Assembly: GCA_043228905.1 (NCBI GenBank)
Contig: JBHGNT010000005.1
Coordinates: forward strand, 20,832,001-20,896,000
Direction of reading: 5' to 3'
Length of the DNA: 64,000 nt
Origin: Azolla caroliniana
Lineage: Eukaryota > Plantae > Polypodiophyta
The notes under the pieces are model-generated. The model was given only the letters and a program-made list of their open reading frames with translations. It was not told where the DNA came from and did not search any database. Below, in pieces: positions 47,261-60,308 of this stretch. How positions within the stretch are numbered: position 1 is the stretch's first letter; each line of letters opens with the position of its first letter. Position numbers and translations under genes: made by a program.

Positions 47261-50200
47261 CATGTGCACATTTTTCTTCTATAAAAAACCACTAATAAAA
47301 GTTTGCAGAAATGATGCCCCTTACATTGCTACAATGCTATGTAATCAATGGATAGATAATCAATGTTTATTTTTAAGAATTAAACACACTATAAAACCAT
47401 GTGCCCATTATGTTCCCTGAAACCAAAAGTTAGAAAGCTACAATAATGGCCACATCCATACCTTTTTGCTACGTAGACTACAACGAGGTCCTTCAATAGC
47501 CACTTTACTCCCCGCTTTCTGGGAAAGAACAGAATAATCGAGATATCAATGGATTAACATATATATCCTTGAATTCTCTTTTATTTTCTACATTTAGAAG
47601 TAGGAAATTAAAAAATATGGGGTTATTATTATTATTATTATTGCATTCACTACCTTCAACTTGAGCTTTAGTGCATCAAATTCAGCATCTGACATGTTAG
47701 ATTTCCCAGCTGCATATGAAAGAGATGCTTCCATAAATTTTTGCTCATCGGGACCTGGAAAACACAAACGAAGCAAGGTCTTCTCATAACTTTCGAGAAG
47801 CAAACTATGTCCTAATTTCCACCTAGCTACAAATTTTTATCAATGAAAAACAATTTAAACTTACTTAGAATAACAACACTGCTTCCTTCCCATGTTAGTT
47901 CTTCTTTGAGATTGTCAAACTCTTCATTTGACATAATGGGTTCCTTATCGTAGTAAAATGACTGGCATAAAATCAAGAAACGAAAAGACATAAGATTCAG
48001 CTTGTGTATCACAGAGAGACATTCTAAAGAATGTTAGATGTGTACCACATGATAATGGAGAACTTCATGATTAAATTCAAAACGAAAATGTACAAAGTAG
48101 AGAGGAAATAACCTGAAGAGCTTCAAGAAAATCCTGCTCCATTTCACCAAGTGAACGTTTATCAGCTTTCTTGTCTATACTGCAGTAGGGGAGAATCTTA
48201 TTATCACTTACTTCTTCATCAGCCACTTTATCTGTCATAGACAAATATCAGTATAAATTAGTGGATTCATACATATAACACAGTTGATGTCGTTGAAAGA
48301 TGTAACTTTTAGCCAAATGCAAAGTTGGGTTTACTCTATAAATCTTTAACCTCCTCTCGGAGGTTAGTTTTCTATGACAACTTGTGGCCCTACTAATATG
48401 GAGTTTAACAAACATGAACAATGAATGCCAAACAAATCTTATGTATACATTCATAATTTCCAAGGAAACAAAAAGTTATGAAATTTAATTTGGTTCTTTG
48501 CCTATCCATCCACGGTCACTTGTTGGACAATTGTCATGTCCTTTCTCTGAACAGACTTTGAATTACCGAATCTCATCAGCTTGTGTTTATTATCCACAAA
48601 AAATAGCCCTATTATTATGACATGGTAATCTCCCAATGGCTATTATGCCACTCCATCAGAACAACCTTTGGCCAAATGATTTCCCTGGGTATTTCCTATG
48701 GTAATAATGCTAGTATGGCACCTCTCCAGTGGTGGCGATGCTGCAGAATGGCTATAAGAATAAACCCCAACCTTGTTGGTCACCCAAAACTATCAAGTAT
48801 TTTCCCTAGAATCAAGAGAGAAATGATCCTGTGCATTAGGAGTCAAATTAAGGCAAGAGATGAGTCCCACTTATCAAGAGGGAAGCCTTTATACGACTAT
48901 CGTCTGTACAACTGACTTTCATGTTAATGCTAGTTATTTTTGGGCATAGAATGGGATGTGGTACAGGATGCTGATTGAGCGTCAGATCAGGGGTATTCGG
49001 TTAAAAGGAGAATTCGAATAAGCATTTAATCCTGTTTATTTGTTTAATTCTAGTTTATTTATGTTCAGATTGATCTTCAATATGATACCAACTAACTACA
49101 CAATAAAAACGTAACCCAGCATACAAACATAAAAGTGGATATGTGCAAAAACTCAAAAAAGTGTGCTTTCCTCCTACTTCAAGAGCCGTCCACTCAGTAC
49201 GTACTGATTCACTAGCACTTTATTTAACAATTAATGAAACAGATTTGATCCCTGGAGGTAACTAATGTTTCATATGCAGACGATCAGCAACACTACAAGC
49301 AGTGACCAGTTTGTATGTAGGGATCATCCCTTAAAAATCAAGTCAACACAATTTTCAGCAGCGTATCCAAGAATTTCAGCAGCATGTCTTGAGTCTAGAA
49401 CAATAAATCAAGCCACATAACCAAAGATAATTCAATCGTCACTAAGAATTTCATTTGGCATACTTTCATAAATGGAAGTTCCATAACTTCTACGGATTTG
49501 TATTGAGGAATCAAGTTCCACAGTTTCTGATCATTTATATTGAGGGATCAACCACCATCCAATTACATAATTTTTAAATTTTTGTACTAACGAATTAACC
49601 ACGAATTACGTCACATAATTCAACTAAAGCTTTGTATATCGAAAGATCAACCGCAAATCAAATGACATAATTCAAATTTTGCATTCCGAGATTCAAGAAC
49701 AATGAATGAAGTCAGGTGATTCAACAAAATATTTGCATCAAGGAACCGACAATAAATCAAGCTACATAATTCTTACAATTTGAAATAAGAGATCAAAGCA
49801 CCAGTCAAATTATGGATGCTTCAATAGTGAGCCTAAGCACTCGGCATACCTTGATTCTACACCAATAACTCAAAACGCATAATTCAACTAAAAGACTTAT
49901 AATAAGGGAACAACCGTTAATCCAAAAGTTCCATACATAATTCAAAGGGATAACTATGAATTTTCATCTAACATACTCAAAGGTTGAGCTAAGAACTTTC
50001 ATCAAACATCCTTCAATAGTGAACCAAGAACGTGTATTGAGAGATCAACCATGAATCAGATTATAATAGTGAGTTAAGAACTAATTCCAATGCGGTAAAT
50101 ACCTTGATTCTCTACAGCTTGAATGATGATGGTGGAGATCCTTCTGGTGGATTGCAAGTAATGCCCAAAAGAAGAAGAAAATTGTCTCCATTCCTTTTGC

Positions 50201-50337
50201 TCTTTAGTAGATGTACTGAGCTTACAAAGAGGAAATCTACCGCTGCTGCTTCTTCTTCTAAGACTAGGGGAAGAAGAAGAAGCAGCAGAGAAACAGGGGG
50301 TGCTGAGAGATGGCAAGGAAGCAGGGGCTATGGCCAT
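43238..50337 (-). CDS. PGRL1: PGR5-like photosynthetic phenotype 1 (thylakoid cyclic electron flow protein), 11 coding exons
   Basis: Ser-rich transit peptide; KILPYCSIDK..SLGEMEQDFLEALQ | SFYY..MSNEEFDNLKEEL.WEGSSVV | EGPRCSLRS | VYSD..DYLKM | FFLDD.TGFEITYLLE | LPEPYSFIFTWF | GPCPNCG..SFFGTILS..CEQC. All six conserved Cys present. Confidence 0.96.
43680..43825 (+). repeat. Dispersed short repeat, copy 2, followed by a compound microsatellite (TACA)n(TA)n(GA)n to ~43998
   Basis: Homology to 37695-37850 and to 52415-52456 plus 57585-57695. Confidence 0.7.
45363..45444 (+). repeat. Degenerate tRNA-derived SINE-like relic in a PGRL1 intron
   Basis: AGACCAGAAGGCCATGTGTTCAGCATCTACATTC..GCATCTAG, homologous to 46651-46740. 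Confidence 0.45.
46651..46740 (+). repeat. Degenerate tRNA-derived SINE-like relic in a PGRL1 intron
   Basis: A-box-like TAGCTTAGATC (46655) and B-box-like TGTTCAACCCC (46699), 33 nt apart, with AAGGTC before the B box. Confidence 0.5.
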
Positions 50338-50523
50338 TTTCTTAGTGAGACCCATCAGACCCATGAGTGCAGTGCAGAGAGAGCCCTCAGAATGGTGTAT
50401 GAAATTACACAAAGACAAAAAACAGAACAAAGGCCGGATTCTGAGGTTAGATCAACATTCTACAAAGAAGGGAGGAGAAACAGGGGATTAGAGAGAGAAA
50501 GTGAAATGTGTGTGTGTGTGTGT

Positions 50524-50571
<48 letters not shown>

Positions 50572-52456
50572 GAGAGAGTGTGTGTGTGTATTGTATATGT
50601 ATTTTGAGAATGAATTTAGAGTTGCAAAGGAGAAACAAAAAGAATAGAAGAAGAAGAAAAAATCAAGTAGAGTGAAACATGTGAGGGAGAAGTGTAGCCA
50701 ACAATCGAGTGGTCAGGAAACATGGTAAGCTTTTTGCTTTTCCTCAGGATCACACACACACACACACACACTCCTGCTCATGCTCCATTGTCTGGAAGCA
50801 CATGTACCCCACACATGCTCACATGCCTCGCTTCGCATCGAAATAATGACCCTTATGAAAGAGACACATGCATCCTCATTGAGCTCTTTACTGCTGCATA
50901 CCGATCATAGGTTGCCTGCATGCTTACCACGAGTATCGCGCTCGTGGCGGAAGGATCCTTAACGAACTCTTTCTCTCAGAGTACACCACTAGATGATCGT
51001 ACACGTTCTGACCACCTATTTGTTGCGTCTTTGTGTACACCGAGTGCATCACCTTCATTGTGGTTTCTTGAGGAGCATCTCTCGGTAGAGACTGATTGCT
51101 CGTAGTTGTTCTGGTATCCTATGTTATTGTGTCCAAACTCAACGACATCGCATTCACCACGGACAGAGCATTCTTACGACGCATCTCCTCGGGGCAAACG
51201 GTCCAACAACCTAGGTTGCATCTCAAACTATTGATCATCGTCACATGTGCATTCATGGAGGATTCTTTAGAATCATACCCTATGTACACCATAGACTAAT
51301 CATAGATACCCAAATAACCTGGGTTTGTCACGTCTAGACCTTATGCATCACATTCATGGAGGATCATGAAAAAACTTTCCTTCAGTAGACCACAATTTGA
51401 TCATAGATGTTCCAACATCCTAACTAGTGTCCAAAGTAAGTGCATTGCATTTACTGAGTGTTTTCAAGAACCATCCACAATAGCTCGTTGTCCAATTGTA
51501 GCCATTCCAACAACTTAGGTTGCATTCCAAATGAGCTTATGATGCACATCTCCTTGGTACACATATATTGATTTGGGTTATTCTAACACCCTAGCTCGTG
51601 CCTAAATTAAGCATGTCGCATTCATTTGCAAAATGCATTTCCTCAAGACACCATAGATTGATTATAGTCGTTCCACCAACAATCTTTATCCACATTAAGC
51701 ATCTGTGTTGCAAAATTGCACTTATGTGTCACAAAGCCATTGTGTCTGAAATCCACAATCATTGACCAATAGAAAAAGTGGGTTAGGCCACTTTTTATGT
51801 CTAGGCCCAATAGGATGTCCAACAAATAAGCAAGTTAAAAGACCCCAAAAAACCATGTATGTTAATGAAGCTCAATAGCTTGTCTAGGTTACAAGCCACC
51901 TAAACATCTTTAGTGTACGAATGCTTGTTTTTTTCTTTTTTCTTGTTTGCAAAGTACTTGATTGGGTTCAAATGTTGATCCCCAACTTAAGCTAGCTTCA
52001 TATGCATTTGAACAACTAAAGTTGGGTTTCAGTGCACCCAAACAATGTAACAAGTTTTGCGTTTATTAGTGCCACATAAGCAATCGATTAAGTGTTTTTT
52101 TTTAAAAGTTACTTGACCACACACTTAAGAGGGATTAGAATAGATCATGAACAACAATTTGTTGTGCATGTACACCACACTCATTTGGACATAACCTCGT
52201 CACTATTGTTAGCGATAGAATATTTAGTACCTGGCACAATTCATTCTTGAATAGGCAATATTTTGAGATGTAGTTTGTGGTTTCCTATGCCATTTTGACT
52301 TCCTAAACAACATCAACATATGCTAATTGTTTTCTTTTGAAAATCAAGCTTTGTGAGCTTTACATTTGAGAGAGAAAGAGTATTGGTTTAACTAATAAGA
52401 AATAGATAGATAGATTGTATTATCGTCTTTGGATGTCAAATATGACTTATGAGACC

Positions 52457-55400
52457 TGTTGAGAATCGAACTCAACTTCCCATAGGAATAGTGTTCACAC
52501 TAGTTGGTGTACAACTTACTAGGACATTTTTGTAATTAGTAGAAAGGGCATTTGCCCTAGACTAGTTGGTATTTAAACCAACCTTTTGTAACTTAGTTAC
52601 TGTTGGATGTAATATACAGTTTCTTGTTTAGAGCTCTCACACACACTCTCTCTCATTCTCTCTTGTGCACAAACACACACACACAGTCCTTCCGCTACAC
52701 AGAATCACTCTCGATTCTTTTCATGGTATCAGTGCGCGTGGTAGCTTGATCCAAGACCATCACCTTTACGTGTGTTGTGCTCAAACTCGTAGAGAACCGA
52801 CTGATCGTTGTAGCAATTATTTTTGCATAGCTCACATCAAGAGTAGAAGAAGTTCAACAATGAACACCCAGATGGGAAGTGCTCTTCTCACCGAGAAGCT
52901 CAATAGAAAAAACTTCGCATCTTGGGAGTACAAGATGCATTAGTACCTTGTCGGACAAGGTTACTGGAGCTACATCGAGGGTGCTCACGAAACGCAACCC
53001 AACGCAACACACGTTGACTACCTAGCGTGGGAGCAGGCCGCGAGCCGTGTGTTGTATTGCCTTGCGTCATGCGTCCATAACCACATGCTCGACTATATTC
53101 GAGATTCGAAAACGCCGAAAGAAGCTTGGGGAAATCTAAAGAAGATCTTTGCAGCCAATATAGTTGCACGAAAGCTCCAACTTCGACAGAAGCTAAACAA
53201 CATGCAACAGAGGGATATGTCGATCACCGGCTATACCTTGAATATCAAGGAGTTGTGTGATGCCCTTGGATTGATCAATGTCATCATCGACGATGACGAA
53301 ATGGTGCAAATATGCCTCAGCAGCTTAGCACCACGATTCGACACGATTAGATCGGCCATTCTTGCAAGGGAGAACCCACCTTCCTTTTTCGACCTTCAAT
53401 CGATATTATTGGTGGAAGAAAACCATGCCTCACAAAGGAGCAATGCATTGGATGGTTAGATGCTCTACTCACAATCAGACTATAGAAGAGGATTCGGCCG
53501 AGGAAATAGAGGTCGATTCGGCCGAGGGCAACAGGGTCAGTTGACCTGAGAATGCAACTCTCGCCACTGGCAAGACGACAAGAGCAATGCCAGAGAGTTC
53601 AGTAGAAGGGGGAGCTATATTGCCGGACTGAGCAATCATAACACCCCGATTGAATGTGGATATTGTGGAAAACTCGGCCACTATGAAGAGCAGTGCCGAA
53701 AAAAGATACGAGACTCGGCGTCAACCAGTCGACAACTTACAAATTATGCTTCGAATTCTGACTACGATGATCATGGCGGAATGTTTATGATGAGGCACAA
53801 GGCACATTCGATGTCGGCACAAGGTGAGACAAGCACCTCAACCTTGGATAATGTATGGTTTGTTGACTCGGAGCGTCCAATCATATGACGTCCCATGAAG
53901 ATTGGTTCTGAGAATTACGACAACCCAATCGGCCCGGTTATGTCAAAACAGGCGATGACACGACACATTCAATACGACGCATCGGGAATGACGGCAAACA
54001 AACCTACCTCAAAAATGTCTTGCATGTCCCAACCATCACTAAAAACTTGGTCCCGGTAGGCTAGATTGTCGAACAAGGGATGCAAGTGCGGTTCAATGAT
54101 GAAGGGTGCTTCATCGAAAAAGAAGGCCACCTCATCGCTCATGGTCGTCGAGAAGGCATGATGTTTATCCTTGAATCAAAGGAGGTGAAATCGGCTATGT
54201 TCGCGAAAAGCCTAAAAGTCGAAACCGACTTGAAATTGTGGCACAAGAGAATTGGCCACATTAATCTCCAGAAGCTCCAGAACATGCAATCTAAACGAGC
54301 CGTAATCAAACTCTCGAACTTCACCAAGAAGCAGATTACGGGCGTATGTGAGGTGTGCCAGTTTAGAAAACAACGCTGACATCCATTCCCGAAAGAGAGG
54401 AATGTGAGTAAAGGGATCCTGGATGTAGTACATTCAAATGTGTGGGGACTAGCCTAGACCGCAACATTCAGAGGTTGCCACTACTATGTCACGTTCATCG
54501 ATGACTTCTCTAGGGACACCTAGATCTACCCGATGAGACAAAAGAGCGAAGTGTTCAGACACTTCCAAAGGTTTAAGAATGAAGTTGAGAAAGTCACGGG
54601 CTGACATGTATGCTGCCTTTGATTGGATGGAGGCAAAGACTATTTCTCGGACGAGTTTTCGGCATATCTCCGAAAGGAAGGAATACGACGAGAATTCTCG
54701 TGTCGAGATACACCTCAGCAAAATGGTGTAGCCGAACGGAAGAATCGGCACATAGTAGAGGTTGCGGGGGCAATAATGAATGAAAAGAACCTCCCGAAAT
54801 CGTACTGGGCAAATGCGGCGAACACAACCATATATCTCATGAACAAGTGTACAACCTCTAGGGTACATGACGTAACCCCTCATGAGAGGTTTTTTGGAAA
54901 GAAGACGGATTTATCACATGTCCATATTTTCGACTCAATCACCTATGTGCATATTCCCGACAAGACGCGACAAAAGCTCGACCCGAAGTCGGAGAAATGT
55001 ATCCTTGTAGGGTACTCGCTCGAACAGAAGGGGTACAAATGCTACAACCCATCTATCCGAAAAGCTTGAGTGAGTCGAGACGTCATTTTCGACCAATCGG
55101 CATCTTGGTACGATCTAGAGATGACTCTGATTTCTACTCTAGTCGACTCAGAATTTTCTGAACAAGAGATGCAAGAAGAAGATAGACTGGGACACACGTA
55201 CGAAGATAGCCCGCATACGGCAAGGCTAAGTGGACCACAAGAGCTATTGAGGGATCGAAGCACATCTCGGCCAAGTCCGAACCTAGACAAATGCAAGGCG
55301 ACAATGCCAGAATATGAAGACCTGATGGACAATGAGTCAACTGACTCCCTCGATAGTGAGTTTGAAGGACTTGACATCCAAACAAATGGAGTGAAGAAAG

Positions 55401-57584
55401 CATTAGTCTCTGCAAACGAGACGCTATGCCGGTCTACCCATGAAAAGAACCCCATAAGCCGTTTTGGCTATGATGAGTATATGGTGTATCATTATGCCTT
55501 TATGATGAAGGTAGCAACTATCCGAGAGCCAAAAACATTTTCTGAAGCCGTGAAGGACCCGTGATGGGTCGACACAATGAATGACGAAATGCAGGCCTTG
55601 TGCAAAGACGAGACATGGGACCTTGTTCCCCATTCACCTCACAGGAAAACGATAGGTTGCAGATGGATCTAGAAGGTCAAATACAACGCCGATGGCTCAA
55701 TAAATCGCTTCAAAGCATGAATCGTCGCAAAAGGATACGCCCAAACACACGGAGTCGATTCGAGGAGACCTTTGCCCCAGTGGTAAAGATGACGACTATT
55801 CGGACAGTCATAGCTCTCGCAGCCGCAAAAGGGTGGCACCTCCACCAGATGGACATAAAGAACGTCTTCCTACAAGGCGAATTAGAAGAGGAGGTTTACA
55901 TGATACAACCACCTGGCTTCGAATCACGTACTCACCCGAAAGCCGTGTGCCGACTCAAGAAGCCACTCTACGGCCTTAAGCAAGCACTGCGTGCTTGGCA
56001 TTCAAAGATAACGCAATATATTCATCAAATCGGTTTTTGAATGTCAGAATCCGACAACTCCCTCTACATCCAAAACGAGTCGAACAATCCGATTTTCATC
56101 ATCCTGTACCTGGATGATCTGGTCATCAGAGGAAAGGATCTTGTTGGGATCAATAAGGTCAAATCAATCATATCCAGTAGGTTTGAAATGAAAGACCTGC
56201 AAGAGCTCCACTACTTCCTCGGTATTGAAGTAATTCGGACACCAGCCAGGATATTGATCTCTCAACGACACTACGTTCTCAACTTACTCTACAAGTTCAG
56301 AATGACCGAGTGCAAACCTGTGTCTACCCCTCTCGACTGAAATCTCAAGCTCGATGTCGATTCGGGAACTGAAGAGTGTGAGCCGACTTAGTATCGTCAA
56401 CTGATCGGCAGCCTCATCTACCTAACCATCACACGACCCGACCTCAACTATTCTGTCGGCCTACTTAGCCAATTCATGCAGAACCCACGAAATGATCATG
56501 ATATTGATTGCGCTAAGAGGATACTTCGGTATGTTAGTACGACGATGGACTACGACATCATGTATAAGTCGAATACGCTTATTCGACTCGAAGGGTACAC
56601 ATACGCAGACTAGGCAGGCTATAAAGCTGATAGACGATTGACGTCAGGTTTCGTCTTCTCCCTCGGCAGCGGAACAATCTCCTGGAGTAGTAAGAAGTAG
56701 CCAATAGTCGCACTGTCGAGCACGGAAGCTGAATACAGGGCTGCCTCAATCGCCGCATGTGAACCCATATGGCTCAAACGTATCCTGAAGGATCTGGGCG
56801 CACCCATTACTTAGGATCTAATTCGCCTATATTGCGACAACATGAGCAATATCTACTTGGCTTGGAGCCTCGTGTTGCACCGCGGACTAAACACATCGAA
56901 GCACACTATCACTTCATCCGCGAGCGCGTACAAGCCGAAGATGCCGACCTACACCACATCAACACGAATCTTCAAGTGGCCAACATCTTCACAAAAGCCT
57001 TGCATATCGACAAGTTGCGACAATTCGTGATGAACCTTGGCCTCTTGATCATTGACTAGCCGAGCTTGAGGGGGAGTACAACAACAACTAACATCGAACA
57101 ATAGCCGATCGGTCGATCGAAGCCGACCAGAGGAGTCAAAGTACGAACAAACAATTGAACAACCGAACACGAAGAATTGAACAATCGAAATCGTAAGTCA
57201 TGTCGACTAGCCTCTCGAAAACCAAAAGCTGATTCAGCCGAATCGAAGTTTTCGAAGATTGAACCGAAACAACTTTTCGACATCCGGAAGTTGTGTTCGA
57301 AGGGGCATGTTGAGAAGCGAACTTAACTTCCCATAGGAATAGTGTTCACACTAGTCGGTGGACAACTTACTAGGACATTTTTGTAATTAGTAGAAAGGGC
57401 ATTTGCCCTAGACTAGTCGGTATTTAAACCAACCTTTTGTAACTTAGTTACTGTTGGATGTAATATACAGTTTCTTGTTTAGAGCTCTTACACACACTCT
57501 CTCTCATTCTCTCTTGTGCACACACACACACACACACACACACACAGTCCTTCCGCTACACAGAATCACTCTCGATTCTTTTCA
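52457..57584 (+). mobile_element. Full-length but pseudogenised Ty1/Copia LTR retrotransposon
   Basis: LTRs 52457-52723 and 57308-57584 (about 7 substitutions plus (CA)n change); TSD AGACC; PBS TGGTATCAGTGC (tRNA-iMet type); gag KLNRKNFASW, CGYCGKLGH; IN PQQNGVAERKNR; RT HQMDIKN..LYGLKQ..YLDD; RNase H RTKHIE. Many premature stops. Confidence 0.96.
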
Positions 57585-60308
57585 AGACCAAAAATAATAC
57601 ATTTTCACGTAATACGTGTGAAAGTGAGTAGCGACTCTTGACATTCAAGAACTTTACTAATGAATGTTGCAATCAAGAGTGAACATTTGCGATTGGGAGA
57701 GAAATTCGTGCAAGGATTTGGTTTGGTAGAAGATGTGTGGAAAGCATAGTTTAATATGATGAAAGGCAGAGCATTGTATCAACATGGGAAACTCAGACTC
57801 CCGAACTTGTTTCAACAATGTGTATATAGTCAACTGCTCTCCTTACTTGTGCCCCCAAAGCCCCATCTCACATCGTAGTGCACGTGAGCTAAGTCACATG
57901 GAAGCAATGGTTTGAATGACCAACAACGAGATGGGCTCTAACATGTATTGACGAGTGCGGTTTCCCTATTAGGTGCAACATATGTAGTATAATGTGTAAA
58001 ATGTGAGCCTCTACGTTTCTCCCATGTCATGATACATTGGTGTAACTGTAAAAAGGTCTCATTTACGGAGGAATCTAGTGATGCATCATGAAGCAAGTGT
58101 GTTGCATCCCCATCTTCCAAACCATATATTCCTTATCTTGCATCCAACCATATTCCATATCGTATGGAACAGAGTGGTACGGCCAAGCTCCCAGGAAACT
58201 CTTCGGCACTATTTATTTACTGCCCAACTGGCAACAATCAGGATGAGATTGTGAGGGGCAGGAATTGATATTACCGATAAAATGCTGATCGGCTGAGGGT
58301 ATTTCCGGCTTCTCTTCAAAAGTATTATATCAGATCATAGATGTGATAAGACAAATTTGAAAGATTTAAAGTCCGACTTGATTTGAGCAATTTGGAACGA
58401 ATCATTAGAGGATATTCCTACCGATATGGATGTGATGACATGTTGATATTCTATTGGCTCGGGATTGTTCCAAATCAACGAAACCCAAAAGTTATTATTA
58501 TTATTGTTTATTTGTTTGTCTTTCGTGCTTTTTTATTTTTATCATCTCTGTGTTGCTGTGTCTCAGCAGGTAAACCTCCTTCCCATGACTTACATCGGTT
58601 ACTTCAAAGTGTCTCATTTGAATGATAATGCATTTTCTTTATGACGCGTGATATATGTAGTTCAAAGATACACAAATTGGTTCTTTATTTTTATTTATTT
58701 ATTTAGTATTTTTACAATTATAATTATTTGTTTTGTTTTTAACGATGTGGGTTTTGGGTGGAAGATCTTTTTGGGTGTTTTAATGATGGGGTTTTTGGGT
58801 AGATCCTCTTTTAGAACGTTCACAGATAGAAAAGTTGTTTTTTGTTAAATGTTTTTGATTTAGTGACCTGGGGTTTGCATGGGTTTCTTTTATCTTTTTG
58901 GTAGTTTTTGTTTTAATGGTGGGGAGGTTTCTTTTTAAATGCTCAATGAGACAAGAGTAATTATTTTGCCGTCGTTTTAATAATGTGGGTTTTGGATAGA
59001 GTGGGAGGGTCTTTTTAAATGCTCGAAGTGCAAAATGGGGTTTTTCTTTTGTTCTACAATTGTGGGTTTTGGATGCAAATATTTTAAATCTTTCAAAGGT
59101 GCAAAAATTGGAATTTTCCTGTTCAATGACGTGGATAAACAATTGTGCTGAATTACACAGGATTATTGAATTGTCAAAGACTTAATTTTTGTTGAATGTG
59201 TAAATTGAGCTTTGTTTTAATGATGTGGGTTTGGGATGTAGATTCTTTTGGATGGACAATGGACTTTTATATGAATGGCATGAGCTCATGCCCCTTTTGA
59301 TCTATAAAGATGATGATAGAAGTGGGTATTAATTATAGAGTCACCTATATATGCTTCATAATTGTTGCTGGTAGTGTGACGGATCTATGTATCGCAAATT
59401 GTCAAAGATTTTAATTAGAATTGAGGCGCATTTTATGCATCAAATAGTTATTTATGTTATAATGATATCACGATGTAGCAGATCACCCAAGGTTTTCATC
59501 AGATTATCTGTCATACAGAAAGAATGACAATTTAAAGTCACTCCACTAAACTGATGTATTTCCCTAGATTTTCTCTAATAATCTCATGTTTTGGGTAGTC
59601 TGGGAGATTATGAGGATTTGGGGATGATCCATGAGTTTGGCCTCCTCTTAGGAGTCCAAGCTGGTTTCCCTTAATCTTAATATATAGTACGACCATCAAT
59701 AACACCCCACCATTCATGATGAAAAAGTAACGATCACTGCAAGGAGGATTTAGAAGTTTGATTGCAAGTAGAGTTGTCCTCTCTGCATCTCCTTATTTTG
59801 TTGTGCATAATTACCTGAATTTTTGAATGCACTTTGTGGGGATTCAGCTTTTACAGCATCTCTCCAAAAAAGCTTGGTAAGACAACTTTGTGTAGGTTGG
59901 CTCTTGTTGAACTAAGCAACATTTGTTACACAAACATGGCATATCTTATAGACCGAATCATCAGTATGTCTTGGATGCCTGACTCCTCATGGACCCTAAA
60001 CCTGATTAAAAATATCATAGCTTGATTTTCGAGCATTTCACAAGTTGTGAAAAGGCATGCATCGTTTCAGGATATTTGTGATTTGCTGGCAAGAAGCTCT
60101 CTATTCATAATGGCATTTCTGTGTCCCCTTCAAGGAAAAAGTGTTTCTGTGGAGGGTGAGGGGGGCAGATCTACCAAAACGACACATTTCTAACTGCACA
60201 TAGTATGAGAGTATATAAAACAATCGCAGGTCATGTAAAAACAATTGAAGTTGTAAAAGAACTGTGATCTAAAGTATCTTTTTCAGGCCAATACATCGGA
60301 GGAAGGCT

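Noticed and set aside
60110-60195. Alternative start exon for the starch synthase (MAFLCPLQG...)
   Set aside because: In-frame TAA after 27 codons, before the next donor; at most a uORF.
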